Assembly: GCA_046583315.1 (NCBI GenBank)
Contig: JAYGCN010000313.1
Coordinates: forward strand, 1 to 47,442
Direction: 5' to 3'
DNA length: 47,442 nt
Source of the DNA: Candidatus Hydrogenedentota bacterium
GTDB taxonomy: Bacteria; Hydrogenedentota; Hydrogenedentia; Hydrogenedentales; GCA-2746185
The position numbers were made by a program, and so were the translations under genes. This document shows positions 1 to 11,674 of the stretch, one piece after another. Every line of letters starts with the position of its first letter. The stretch's first letter is position 1. The notes under the pieces are model-generated. The model was given only the letters and a program-made list of their open reading frames with translations, did no database searches and was not told the DNA's origin.

Positions 1-550
1 CGTTCTTGAATTTGTCAATGTCTGCCATCACGACAGCCATTGACCCATCGTTACGCGACGCTCGGTTGATTTCACGTCCCAGAAAGTTCATGATTTCAAG
101 TCGGTTGCTGATCCCGGTCAGAAAATCCTGCGTCGCCTGGACGCGAAGTTCCTCCCGGGCTGCGATGAGATCTTCCTGAAGTTCAATGATGCGGTGCCCG
201 GCACGGAGGCGAACTTTGAGCTCATTGACATCGACCGGTTTATCGAGATAATCATCGGCTCCGGATTGCATTCCGCTGATGATGTCGCTCTTTTCCGTAC
301 GTGACGAAAGAATGAGCGTGTATATATAGCGTTTGGTATCCCGAAAACGGAGTTCCGCGCACACCTCAAGTCCGGTCAACTCGGGCATCATCCAATCCAG
401 AATCGCAAGCGAAGGTGCATCGTCACCGCTCATGGCATCCAGTGCTTCTTTTCCGTTAACCGCTGTAGCCACCTCGTAACCCCATTTTTCGAGGGTCAAC
501 TTGAGGACGGATAAATCGAGCGGGTTGTCATCGGCAATGAGTATTTTCAC
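1..550 (-). CDS. Response regulator-diguanylate cyclase (REC + start of GGDEF), runs off the window edge
   Basis: Not in the ORF track; translated by hand from GTG at 550: VKILIADDN...AILDWMMPELTGLEVC...GADDYLDKP (REC), then ATQDFLTGISNR...MAVVMADIDKFKN (DxLT and DIDxFK motifs of GGDEF). The GTG overlaps the TGA of the upstream gene (GTGA). Confidence 0.9.
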   Translation of the reverse strand, partial: MKILIADDNPLDLSVLKLTLEKWGYEVATAVNGKEALDAMSGDDAPSLAILDWMMPELTGLEVCAELRFRDTKRYIYTLILSSRTEKSDIISGMQSGADDYLDKPVDVNELKVRLRAGHRIIELQEDLIAAREELRVQATQDFLTGISNRLEIMNFLGREINRASRNDGSMAVVMADIDKFKN

Positions 551-1575
551 GTACGAATCTCCGGCTGTAGAAAATCACAGACCTTCAGGTATTCGGTTTC
601 CAGTGCACTAAAGGTGTCGTCCACATCATTCATGGAATTTTCCCGTCCAAGGTTCTCCAAGGTAGCGGCCATCGAGTGCAATCGGGTAGCGCCTATCTGG
701 CCCGCCCCTCCCTTGAGCCGGTGCGCTTCAGAAGAGATCGTATCGGCATCGCGCGCCCGGACGGCATCGCGCAACAACTCATTGTGTTCCTCACTATCCG
801 TCAGGAACAATTGAATCAGATGCACAAACAGGTCTTCGTCACCGTCGGTCAGGTCTCGCAATCGCGTAAAATCCACTGGTAGTTCGTCTTGATCGGCTTT
901 GGAATCCAAACTTTCCATTACTTCGGTCACGGAAGCTTCCGACTCATCGGCGTTTCCATTTTGGGCGAATTCGGAATCCTCTCCCTCCGGCACCACGGAG
1001 TCACTCACCCATTTTATGAGCACGGTATACAAGGGTTCTGGGGATATGGGTTTGCTGATGTAGTCGTCCATGCCCGCATACAGGCACATCTCCTTGTGCC
1101 CCTGCATCGAGTGCGCCGTCATCGCGATGATGGGTGTATGTTTATTCAAAAAGACTTCCTGCTCGCGAATTTTTTTGCTCGCTTCAAGCCCGCCCATTAC
1201 GGGCATTTGAACGTCCATCAACACGACGTCAAAATTGCGTTCCAGATAGGTATCGTACGCTTCCTGCCCGTTGCCGACAATAGTCAGGTGGCATCCCATA
1301 TCGCCAAGCATCTTGCGTGCGACTTCCTGGTTCATCGGATTATCTTCCACCAGCAACACATACACGCCGTTGAGTTGGTGTGCGCCTTCGCTGTCATCGC
1401 GCAGCTGATCTTGAAGCGCAGCCTGGATTCTCTCATCGATTTCTTCACCCGAAACTGCGACAATGGCCTGCAATAAATTGATTTGTCGAATCGGTTTGTT
1501 TACGTGAGCGACCTCGCCCGACGGATTGAAGTTTAATTCTTTTCCGCCCATTGACGTTATCAGCACGGTTCCCAA
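547..1575 (-). CDS. C-terminal part of a hybrid sensor kinase: partial REC, full REC, HPt
   Basis: VLITSMG...VNKPIRQ (tail of a receiver), [11 protein letters not shown]...[14 protein letters not shown]...AMTAHS...DDYISKP (REC), [14 protein letters not shown] (HPt). Confidence 0.85.
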   Translation of the reverse strand: MGTVLITSMGGKELNFNPSGEVAHVNKPIRQINLLQAIVAVSGEEIDERIQAALQDQLRDDSEGAHQLNGVYVLLVEDNPMNQEVARKMLGDMGCHLTIVGNGQEAYDTYLERNFDVVLMDVQMPVMGGLEASKKIREQEVFLNKHTPIIAMTAHSMQGHKEMCLYAGMDDYISKPISPEPLYTVLIKWVSDSVVPEGEDSEFAQNGNADESEASVTEVMESLDSKADQDELPVDFTRLRDLTDGDEDLFVHLIQLFLTDSEEHNELLRDAVRARDADTISSEAHRLKGGAGQIGATRLHSMAATLENLGRENSMNDVDDTFSALETEYLKVCDFLQPEIRT

Positions 1576-2690
1576 CTGGGTCCATTTATCTTCTGTAGAT
1601 AAAGTGGCCAGTTGAGATTCGTATCGAGTAAAAAGCCAATAATGGCGTTCATCGGTGTGCGGATTTCGTGGCTCATGTTGGCCAGGAAGTCGGATTTCGC
1701 CGAGTTGGTCGACTGGGCTTCTACCGCCATCGCGTTGGATTGTTCAATCGCTCGCTTCAAGTTGCGATTCGTGTCCTGGAGTTCGCGGTAATAGTCCTGG
1801 AGCAGCGTTTCGGTCTCCTCATGCTTCGCAATTTCGATTTTCAGATCGTTGTTGTATGCGTCCGCCTTGGACTCGGCGGCTGTCCGAATACGAATTTCCT
1901 CAAGCATGTGACTCGTACGATCACGCACGCGTTCCTCAAGCTCTTCCTGGGCGACCATCAACTCGTTGTGCTGAGCTTCAATGGTCGATAGCATGGTGTT
2001 GAACTGCTCGGTCATATCACCCAATTCGTCACTTGAAAGCTTGATTGCACGAATCGAGTAGTCTTTGTCCTCGGTCACGCGCCGCGCTGTCTCCGCCAGT
2101 TGCAGAACTGGACGGGAGATAAATTCGAGGAGCACGGAAGTCAATAAGAAGGCAATGATCAATGTGACCATCCCGATAATGATGCCTGCACCAACGAGCA
2201 CCCTCATGCGTGAGAGATAGAAAGGCCCTAAATCGGAGGTAAAGACCATCGTGGCGAGTACTTCGTCGTCATATCGAACATCGGATTCAATCACGTAAAT
2301 GAAACTTGAGTCAGAGAGGTCGATTTCTTCTTGTGTATAGCCCTCGCGCACATGGAATGCGTATATTCTGCCATCCGGCAAAACAATCCTTGCGCTTAGG
2401 ACGTATTCATTCGATTCCAGCCCGGCCAGAGTCTTGGCGGCTTCTTTGTTGTAATCAAAGTCTTCCAGATCGAGACCCCAGAACACGTCGGCGGCCGTGT
2501 TGTCGGCCATAATGCCGACATTGGTCTTCAGATCGGAAAGAACGGTCTGGCGGTATTCGAAGATGTGGTAGGCGATGAACGCAGAGGTGACCAGCACGAC
2601 GGTAAACAGGCTGATCCCCATGGTCGTGACAAATAGCTTGATTCGGAATGACTGGTTTCTAAATACGTTTAGCAACGACCAAGTTCCCAC
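1560..2690 (-). pseudogene. N-terminal part of a hybrid histidine kinase (2 TM, periplasmic sensor, HAMP, coiled coil, H-box), truncated with no HATPase domain
   Basis: TM1 and TM2, HAMP ([14 protein letters not shown]...[14 protein letters not shown]), H-box [22 protein letters not shown], then about 15 out-of-context residues and a stop; no N/G1/F/G2 boxes in either fragment. Confidence 0.75.
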
Positions 2691-2790
2691 CGCTTCATCA
2701 AAACTCCCCCGAGTCGACTCTACTGATAATCAAATTTCAGAATACTGCAAAAAGTGTACCATGGGCGTTGATAGTGATTGTAAATACGGG

Positions 2791-3405
2791 TTATTGCGGG
2801 TCTGCGCCATCGGGATCGATGTACTCTCCGGCGAATTCTGCTGGATATCTGGCGCCCTTGGACGCATAGAAGTTCTGAATGTAGCGCATATCTGCTTCGA
2901 CATCATCGGTAGGCCAATACACTTCAGCAAAACCACCTATCTTCTTACCGTAATCGACATACCCCAATACCAACGGTATTTTCGCCTGAACCGCGATGTG
3001 ATAGAAGCCGGTTTTCCACTGTTCGCGCCGTTTTCGGGTACCTTCAGGCGGAATAAGTACGCACAGCTCGTCCGCGTTGTCAAAAATAGTCACCATTTGA
3101 GTAACCACGCTGTTGCTCTTGCTGCGATCAATGGAAATACCGCCAAGCCATTTGAAAAACCAGCCCAGCGGGAAGAAAAATATCGCTTTCTTGCCCATCC
3201 AGTAAGGTTTCACGCCAATAAGGGATGCACAGGCAATCATCAATGGGAAATCCCAGTTGCTCGTGTGCGGACCCGCGAGTACGATGAACGTCGTCTCCTT
3301 AGGTGCCGCGCCATGGACACGCCAACCGATCATCTTGAGATAGAGAAAAGATATCAATCGGAGTAACTGTTTCGTGATGGGTGTATAAAATATGGTCAGG
3401 TGCAT
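2791..3405 (-). CDS. Lysophospholipid/glycerol acyltransferase (PlsC-like)
   Basis: HTSNWD (HxxxxD) and PEGTR motifs. Confidence 0.9.
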   Translation of the reverse strand: MHLTIFYTPITKQLLRLISFLYLKMIGWRVHGAAPKETTFIVLAGPHTSNWDFPLMIACASLIGVKPYWMGKKAIFFFPLGWFFKWLGGISIDRSKSNSVVTQMVTIFDNADELCVLIPPEGTRKRREQWKTGFYHIAVQAKIPLVLGYVDYGKKIGGFAEVYWPTDDVEADMRYIQNFYASKGARYPAEFAGEYIDPDGADPQ

Positions 3406-3428
3406 GGTTAGGTCTTCTTCGCGATGGA

Positions 3429-4907
<1,479 letters not shown>

Positions 4908-4919
4908 ATAAAAAACTCC

Positions 4920-7900
4920 TTAGTCGAGGTATAGAAACTCGTTGAAATTGAGCACCAACAAGCACAGGCGCTGCATGGCGCGACCCAGCGTAGCACCTTC
5001 TTCGGTTTGTAATTCGTCAAGATAGGTGCGGCACATGTCCATCTCCAGCTCGGACGGTTTTCTGCCCGTTGCCAGCTCGAATGCACGCTCTATTCGGGCG
5101 TCAACATCATTCCCGACGTCGCGCTTGATTCGCCGCAGTAAAGCCTGTGAGCGGTCATGGACGTATTCGCTGTTGAGCAAGGCCAGAGCCTGACCGGGTT
5201 GGGTCGTCGTGAATCGTACCGGGCAGCTGGCATCAATGTCCGCGAAATCGAAACCGGACAGCATGGGGTGGACGAGTGAGCGTTTGATATGGATATAGAT
5301 ACTTCGGCGCACTTCATCCTCGGGTTTTGCGAGTCCCCAAATGCCGGAGCCAACAATATTGGCTTTCTTGGAGGAGGTCTCGATCACCTCGGCGGGCAAG
5401 GTCGGGAAGACGGTCGGTCCACCCATCGCGAGATTGATTTCGCCGGTTGCAACGAGCAGCGAATCGCGAATTTCCTCAGCCGTGAGACGCCGCATATCGA
5501 AACGCCAGAACAGGTTATTCCCCGGGTCGGTCTTGAGAGCCTTCGTTTGACCCCGGGAAGACATGCGGTAAGTCTTGGACAGCATAATTTGTTTATGCAG
5601 CGACTTCATGCTCCAGTCGTTATCCATAAAATTCTGCGCTAGCCAATCGAGCAGGAGCGGGTGCGTGGGTTGATCGCCCAGCTTGCCGAAATCATTTGAG
5701 CTGCGCACGATTCCGCGACCAAAATGGTGTTGCCAAATACGATTGGCCATAACGCGCGCGGTGATCGGATTGTCTTTGCTGGCGATCCAGTCGGCCAATA
5801 CGGTACGCCGGTAAGTCGTATTCTTCTCTTTGGACGGCTCCGGTATTATCGCTTCCGGCGGGGAGAGAACCTGGGGAAACGCGGGTACAACCTTGACACC
5901 TTTCGCATGTGCGCTACCACGAATCAGCAGGAACGTATCGGGGGCGTTAGTGCCTTTTTCAGCGACGGCGGGCGTGCGTTTTCCTTCAATCGACGTATCT
6001 CGCAGCGTCTTGAGCTCTTTTTGAATATCCTTGTAACGCGTATGGCCTTGCTTGCCGAGATAGGTGATTCCGTGCTGAACCACGAGAGAGTCGAGTTGCT
6101 TTTTTTGCGTACTATCAATTCCGGAAATAGAAAGTGACCGTTTGACGATGCTGCCGCCCTCCCACGCCAGGGATAGTTTCGGCGGACCGTCTTTGGTGAA
6201 ATACTCCAGCCGGAAATCCTGGAGGCCTTTCTTGAGCGACGCCGTTTCGGAGGTTTTGAAGGTTCCGAGCTTCGGTGATTCAAATACGACTTTTCGGCCC
6301 ACTGTCAGGCGCACGCCATCTCGCGCATCGAAGTGAAAGGTATAGTCACCCTTTGCCGGCACGCGCAATTTACCTTCGAAAACAAGGCCGATCGCCTGAT
6401 TTCGACTGGCTGGCGAAGTGGTGATGTAGTTGTGATCGAGATCGCCTGAGGTTTCAACTTTAATCATGTCAAAGTCGGGAAGGCTTTCCCAGGTATCGCG
6501 GTAGAAACGATACGAAAGATCGGTGAGATCCGAGAGGCGCGCATCGCGTGCTTTTAACCAGTCGGGACTGTCCTTCGCAGCAGCCGCTTTGAATGATTCT
6601 ACGAGGTTATAGCGTTCTTCCACCAGATTGGCCTGTATATTTTCCTTTGCGTTGACCTTTGCATCATATTCCGCCTGTTCCTCGGCGTTCATGATGTTAT
6701 GCAGGATGCCGTAGTCTTTCGTGCGTTTGGTTTCGGTGATGTTTCGGAAAAACGCGAGAAATCTGTAATAATCCTTCTGCGGGATGGGGTCTATTTTGTG
6801 ATCGTGGCACCGTGCGCAACCGACGGTCATACCCAGAAAGGTTTGTGCGGTCGTACTCACCAAGTCATCGAGATTGTCGAATACCGCCTGCTTGGGATCG
6901 GCGGGTTCGTCGTCCCATTGACCAAGGCGGTAGTAGCCGGTTGCCGTAATTTGGTTCGGTGTCGGGTTGTCGTATTCGTCGCCAGCGAGCTGCTCTTTTA
7001 CAAATTGATCGTAAGGTTTATCTGCGTTGAACGAATCGACCACGTAATCGCGATAGCGCCACATGAAGGGCTTGTTCTCGTCGCGTTCGAAGCCGTGGGA
7101 GTCTGCGTAGCGAACAACGTCGAGCCAGTGTCTTGCCCATTTTTCGCCGTAATGCGGTGACGCCAGCAAGGTGTCGATCACGTCTTCGTAAGCATCGGGT
7201 GAGGAATTCCCAACGAATTCCTGCACCTGCTCGGGTGTCGGCGGGAGTCCGGTCAAGTCGTAATAGACGCGACGAATCAGGGCTTGTTTTTCGGCGGGAC
7301 CATTCGGTTTCAAACCGTTTTTGCGAAGGCGATCATAGACCAGAGCGTCAATGGGATTCGCTGCCCACTCCGCATCTTGTACCTTCGGAATCTTCGGCGA
7401 GCGCACGGGTCTGTAGGCCCAGTAATCTTTCGCCTTGTCGTCGACGACCATCGACTCTTTTACCGGGGTCGGTTCACGTTCGAGATCCGGATCCCACGGC
7501 GCGCCCATCTTGATCCATTTCGTGAGAGTATCGATCTGATCTTGAGGCAGCTTGCCATCCGGCGGCATCTCGGTCAGTGCGTCTTCGTAGGAAAGCATTT
7601 CGGCGAAGAGCGTGTCGTCCAGATCATCCATCTCAAATACCGGACCGTTCTCACCGCCCTTCAACATCGACTCGCGACTCGTCAGGTACAGGTCACCTTC
7701 CAACTTGTCGCCGCCGGCGTGGCATTCGAAACAAATAGAGCTTAGGATTGGGTAAATATCATCCTGAAAGAAGCGAATCTGGTCGGGCGTGAATTCGGGT
7801 TGCTGCGCTGATGCAATAGGTGCACATACAGCGATGAATAGGCCCAAAATACAAGGTAAAATACGAAAAAGCACCAGTTTCTCCATCGAATACAGCCTGT

Positions 7901-7922
7901 AAAACAGGTCTGAATGCGTCAT
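4920..7922 (-). CDS. Planctomycete-type cytochrome c / DUF1549 / PA14 / DUF1553 protein
   Basis: Signal peptide, CFECH, YWAYRP..NPID, YGEKWARHWLDVVRYADS, CARCHDHK, a PA14-like segment (EGKLRVPAKGDYTF), NPITARVMANRIWQHHFGRG, end NEFLYLD. True start may be 7886. Confidence 0.9.
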   Translation of the reverse strand: MTHSDLFYRLYSMEKLVLFRILPCILGLFIAVCAPIASAQQPEFTPDQIRFFQDDIYPILSSICFECHAGGDKLEGDLYLTSRESMLKGGENGPVFEMDDLDDTLFAEMLSYEDALTEMPPDGKLPQDQIDTLTKWIKMGAPWDPDLEREPTPVKESMVVDDKAKDYWAYRPVRSPKIPKVQDAEWAANPIDALVYDRLRKNGLKPNGPAEKQALIRRVYYDLTGLPPTPEQVQEFVGNSSPDAYEDVIDTLLASPHYGEKWARHWLDVVRYADSHGFERDENKPFMWRYRDYVVDSFNADKPYDQFVKEQLAGDEYDNPTPNQITATGYYRLGQWDDEPADPKQAVFDNLDDLVSTTAQTFLGMTVGCARCHDHKIDPIPQKDYYRFLAFFRNITETKRTKDYGILHNIMNAEEQAEYDAKVNAKENIQANLVEERYNLVESFKAAAAKDSPDWLKARDARLSDLTDLSYRFYRDTWESLPDFDMIKVETSGDLDHNYITTSPASRNQAIGLVFEGKLRVPAKGDYTFHFDARDGVRLTVGRKVVFESPKLGTFKTSETASLKKGLQDFRLEYFTKDGPPKLSLAWEGGSIVKRSLSISGIDSTQKKQLDSLVVQHGITYLGKQGHTRYKDIQKELKTLRDTSIEGKRTPAVAEKGTNAPDTFLLIRGSAHAKGVKVVPAFPQVLSPPEAIIPEPSKEKNTTYRRTVLADWIASKDNPITARVMANRIWQHHFGRGIVRSSNDFGKLGDQPTHPLLLDWLAQNFMDNDWSMKSLHKQIMLSKTYRMSSRGQTKALKTDPGNNLFWRFDMRRLTAEEIRDSLLVATGEINLAMGGPTVFPTLPAEVIETSSKKANIVGSGIWGLAKPEDEVRRSIYIHIKRSLVHPMLSGFDFADIDASCPVRFTTTQPGQALALLNSEYVHDRSQALLRRIKRDVGNDVDARIERAFELATGRKPSELEMDMCRTYLDELQTEEGATLGRAMQRLCLLVLNFNEFLYLD

Positions 7923-8027
7923 AGATACGGTTGTATTTATATAGAATAAAGCGTTTTGGACGTGGAGTCAAAATATTCGTTGATTTGATGTACAATCGAA
8001 ATAACGATGCCCACTAGGAGAAGAACC

Positions 8028-8507
8028 ATGGAATCCACGATTGATGCGTTTGTAAAAGACTTTGAGCAGGGAAAAATGACCCGGAGACAGTTGGTGAAGC
8101 TTGTTGCCGGCGCGGCCGCTACGATGGCGTTGGTTGGGAGATCGACCTCAGCAATCGCAGCGGAGTCGAGCACGTTTACGGCCACCGGTGTAAACCACAT
8201 CGCGTTGAACGTGCCGGATATCGATGTGTCACGCGATTTCTATGTAAAACATCTGGGCATGGAGGTCTCGCGCCAAGGCAGCAATAACTGTTTCATGAAC
8301 TGCGGCAATAACTTCGTCGCGTTGTTCAAGTCACCGACACCCGGCATGAACCATTACTGTTATTCGGTGAAGAACTACGATGTACGGGATGCGGAAGAAA
8401 AACTGAAAGCGGCAGGCCTAAAACCGAGAGTTGCAGGTAATCGAATCTACTTCCCGGATCCGCATGGCTTGGAAGTGCAACTAGCCAGCGATACGCACAT
8501 GCCGTGA
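8028..8507 (+). CDS. VOC/glyoxalase family protein with a Tat-like leader
   Basis: RBS AGGAG at 8016; MTRRQLVKL leader; NHIALNV..SRDFY...NHYCY..YFPDPHGLEVQL VOC motifs. Confidence 0.85.
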   Translation: MESTIDAFVKDFEQGKMTRRQLVKLVAGAAATMALVGRSTSAIAAESSTFTATGVNHIALNVPDIDVSRDFYVKHLGMEVSRQGSNNCFMNCGNNFVALFKSPTPGMNHYCYSVKNYDVRDAEEKLKAAGLKPRVAGNRIYFPDPHGLEVQLASDTHMP

Positions 8508-8538
8508 TGAAGTTAAAGCAGGCGGCTATGGGATAAGT

Positions 8539-9189
8539 TCATCTGAGCCTATAAAAATAGTTTCCTTCATATTATCGGACTACGTTTTCGTGTGAATCGA
8601 AATCAAACGATACACTAGGAAACTCATCGAATGGATAGTTATAAAGCTCCGGTAGCTCCATATATTTCTGCTCAAGTCTAGATGTTGTTCCATCCTTACG
8701 GCAGCGTTTGGCATCTTTTTTTGTCTCGAAGAACGTCCGGATTCCGAGATGGTCATTCCAAAACTCGAACACGGCCACATATTCGATTCTATGTAACTGA
8801 ATTGATTGCTCATCAGCCCACTGCAGAATATCTTTCTCTACATTGTCAATAATCTTGTAGGCTGGATGTGGAGGATCGTCCTTCGTTTCTTCCGGTTTTT
8901 TTAGATACTCATCCCTCTTCTTAGTACCCACTTTAGGACCAGCTAATATCAGATATGGTAGCCATAGAAAGAGCATCAGAAAATATAGCACTTCCGAACT
9001 CTTGTCCGATATTGCATCTATATACCTGAGGAAAATTACGAAAAGAAAAATTACTAAGTATGCTTTCCAAGGAATGTCGTCACGCTTGTTGATTCCGAGG
9101 TTGTCGTACTTGGGCGGGATTTTACTGATAAGTATGGCAATACCGCTCACAGCGACCAGAAATACAACTGCAACTAGAAGTGTCTGCAT
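8539..9189 (-). pseudogene. Membrane-anchored hypothetical protein with an apparent premature stop at 8572-8574
   Basis: Three hydrophobic segments then a soluble domain ending FDSHENVVR-TAA; the same frame continues YEGNYFYRLR to TGA at 8539-8541. Low GC. The ORF as called is 8572..9189. Confidence 0.55.
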
Positions 9190-9200
9190 ATCCTCTTCCC

Positions 9201-10223
9201 CTAGAGCAACCGCCCCTGTGGATCTTCGGGTGGCGTGAGTCCCAAGTGTTGGTAGGCTCTTGGCGTGACGACGCGGCCTTGTTGGGTGCGTTTCATGAAG
9301 CCGATTTGGATGAGGAAGGGTTCGTGGACTTCTTCGAGGGTCTGGCGTTCTTCTCCGATGGCGACAGCGAGCGAGGACACACCGACCGGTCCGCCGTTAA
9401 ACTTCGAGATGATTGTGTTCAGGATGGCTTTGTCCATGTCGTCGAGACCGAGCGAATCGATGCCGAGCAGGTTGAGTCCTTTTTTGGCCATGTCATGTGT
9501 GATGATACCCTCGCCTTTCACTTGAGCGTAGTCCCGCACACGACGGAGTAGTCGATTTGCAATACGCGCGGTGCCTCTGGAACGTCCCGCGATTTCCAAT
9601 GCGCCTTCCGGATCGATGGGCACATCCATGATCCGTGCGGACCGCATGACGATGGCTTCGAGTTCCTCCGGTGAGTAGAAATCGAAGCGGCAGGTGTCCC
9701 CGAATCGTGCACGCAGGGGGGGTGTTAAGAGGCCCGCGCGGGTGGTAGCGCCGATGAGGGTGAAGGGTTTCAATCCAATTTTCATGGACCGCGCGGTGGG
9801 GCCTTTACCCAGCATGATGTCCACTTCGAAGTCTTCCATGGCGGAGTAGAGCGTCTCCTCGACCGCATGATTGAGTCGGTGAATTTCGTCGATAAAGAGG
9901 ACGTCGAACTCTTCGAGGCTGGTGAGGATGGCCGATAAATCCGCCTGACGTTCGATGACCGGACCCGAAGTGGACTTAATATCGACCCCCATTTCCTGCG
10001 CGAGGATGCGTGCGAGGGTCGTCTTGCCAAGACCCGGTGGACCGGACATTAGCATGTGATCGAGGGATTCGTTGCGTTGTTTGGCGGCGGCGATGGAAAT
10101 CTGCAATTTCTTCTTGATGGCTTCCTGACCCGGAAAATCATCGATTCGATGCGGACGGATCTGCTCGTCGTATTGTCCGTCATCTTCGCCCGGGGTGGGT
10201 TGGATTACTTCGTCATCGGCCAT
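9201..10223 (-). CDS. ruvB: Holliday junction branch migration helicase RuvB
   Basis: [49 protein letters not shown]. Confidence 0.98.
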   Translation of the reverse strand: MADDEVIQPTPGEDDGQYDEQIRPHRIDDFPGQEAIKKKLQISIAAAKQRNESLDHMLMSGPPGLGKTTLARILAQEMGVDIKSTSGPVIERQADLSAILTSLEEFDVLFIDEIHRLNHAVEETLYSAMEDFEVDIMLGKGPTARSMKIGLKPFTLIGATTRAGLLTPPLRARFGDTCRFDFYSPEELEAIVMRSARIMDVPIDPEGALEIAGRSRGTARIANRLLRRVRDYAQVKGEGIITHDMAKKGLNLLGIDSLGLDDMDKAILNTIISKFNGGPVGVSSLAVAIGEERQTLEEVHEPFLIQIGFMKRTQQGRVVTPRAYQHLGLTPPEDPQGRLL

Positions 10224-10226
10224 TGC

Positions 10227-10829
10227 TTACACCTTCGACATCGACCGCAGGGCCGATTTTACCAGGTCTTCGTCGGATGCTTTCTTGCCGCAAACCTTGC
10301 GTGCTTTGGCGGCGGCCTTTTTTGCTTCGACGGGCGTGCATCCCAACGACATCAACGCTGCGATGACGTCGTCGCTTCCATCGTCGGCATAGTCTGCATC
10401 TTCTCCAAGGATGGCGCTGAGTTCCGTGTCCTGACCCAACTTCGCTTTGAATTCCAGCACGACGCGTTGGGCGGTTTTTTTGCCGACACCGGGGACTTTC
10501 GTTATCGCGGTCACGTCGCTGGCCATGATAGCCTGTCCAAATTCCGCAGGGGTGAGTGCAGATAGAAAGGAGAGGGCGACCTTGGGGCCGATGCCAGTAA
10601 TGCTGAGCAGCTTCATAAACAACAACTTCTCCTCATCACGCAAAAAACCGAAAATCTGAAACGAGTCCTCGCGAATGTGGCAATAGGTGAGTAGAGTGAC
10701 GGTCTGATCCGGTGAAAGACGTCGATGCACCCCGTCCGGCACGGCAACCTCATAGCCAATGCCGTTCACGTCCAAATGGATCTGTTCCAGCGTTTTCGCC
10801 GCAACGACCCCCCTCAGAAAAGCAAACAT
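10227..10829 (-). CDS. ruvA: Holliday junction branch migration protein RuvA
   Basis: DVNGIGYEV, REDSFQIFGF, GIGPKVAL, VPGVGKKTAQR, C-terminal ALMSLG; directly upstream of ruvB. Confidence 0.97.
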   Translation of the reverse strand: MFAFLRGVVAAKTLEQIHLDVNGIGYEVAVPDGVHRRLSPDQTVTLLTYCHIREDSFQIFGFLRDEEKLLFMKLLSITGIGPKVALSFLSALTPAEFGQAIMASDVTAITKVPGVGKKTAQRVVLEFKAKLGQDTELSAILGEDADYADDGSDDVIAALMSLGCTPVEAKKAAAKARKVCGKKASDEDLVKSALRSMSKV

Positions 10830-10859
10830 ACCGTCCCCCGGAACCTTGACTCTGAAGTT

Positions 10860-10888
10860 ACTATACTGAATATATCACCAGATGTCTA
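10860..10888 (-). promoter_or_regulatory. Putative sigma70 promoter of ruvAB with a CTG-N10-CAG site in the spacer
   Basis: Minus strand TAGACA-17 nt-TATAGT; the spacer contains CTGAATATATCACCAG (10866-10881, plus strand). Confidence 0.5.
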
Positions 10889-10966
10889 GTGAAGCACTTC
10901 TTGTTCAGTAGCTTTCCGTATTGGTAGTCTTTTTTAGAGTCGATAAACAACAATTAGGAAATCACT

Positions 10967-11509
10967 ATGAAACGCTCAACTCGTCTTGAAGGCAAACGCA
11001 TTCTCTTCTTCGTAGGAGACATCTACGAGGATCTGGAGTTATGGTATCCGAAGCTGCGTTTGGATGAGGAAGGGGCTGAGGTGGTGCTGGCCGGGCCTGA
11101 GGCCGGGGTTACTTATACCGGCAAGAATGGCTATCCCTGCCGGTCTGATGCGGCCATTGATGACATGGATGCGGCGGAGTTTGATGGATTGGTGGTGCCG
11201 GGAGGGTTTATGCCAGACAAATTGCGGCGGGACCCCAAGGTTTTGGAGCTGGTTCGGGATTTCTCGGATGCTGGGAAACTGGTCGCTGCGGTATGTCATG
11301 GGGGCTGGATACCCATTTCAGCCAATGTTTACAGGGGTGTACGGGCTACCGGATCGCTTGGAATCAAGGATGACCTCGTGAATGCGGGTGCCATTTGGGA
11401 GGATTCGGCGGTGGTGATTGACCGCAACTTCGTTTCCAGCCGAAAACCCGACGATTTGCCTGATTTCTGTCTGGGCATCCTTGAAGTGCTTCTGGACGGA
11501 ACTTCCTAA
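10967..11509 (+). CDS. pfpI: PfpI/DJ-1 family protein (type 1 glutamine amidotransferase fold)
   Basis: YEDLELWYP, VPGGF, AVCHGG nucleophile elbow, VIDRNFVSSRKPDDL. Confidence 0.9.
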   Translation: MKRSTRLEGKRILFFVGDIYEDLELWYPKLRLDEEGAEVVLAGPEAGVTYTGKNGYPCRSDAAIDDMDAAEFDGLVVPGGFMPDKLRRDPKVLELVRDFSDAGKLVAAVCHGGWIPISANVYRGVRATGSLGIKDDLVNAGAIWEDSAVVIDRNFVSSRKPDDLPDFCLGILEVLLDGTS

Positions 11510-11674
11510 GGTGCTTGGCTGTTTAACCTTCTGAGCCGTTCCAATCCTCCTCAAATTGGCGATTTGTTGACAAATACCGCCGATTCAGGGTGTAATGGGT
11601 GTCGGAGTCCGGTTATTTAGCCGATTTTCAGGTCCACCATCGTCGCGTTGCGACACGATATCCAGGAGATTAAC

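Noticed and set aside
1625..1640. Programmed -1 frameshift at C-UUU-UUA joining the two kinase ORFs
   Set aside because: Not a full slippery heptamer, and the fusion would still lack the HATPase domain; deletion explains the sequence better.
2575..3366. 263-aa plus-strand ORF
   Set aside because: Antisense shadow of the acyltransferase and kinase start; no recognisable motifs.
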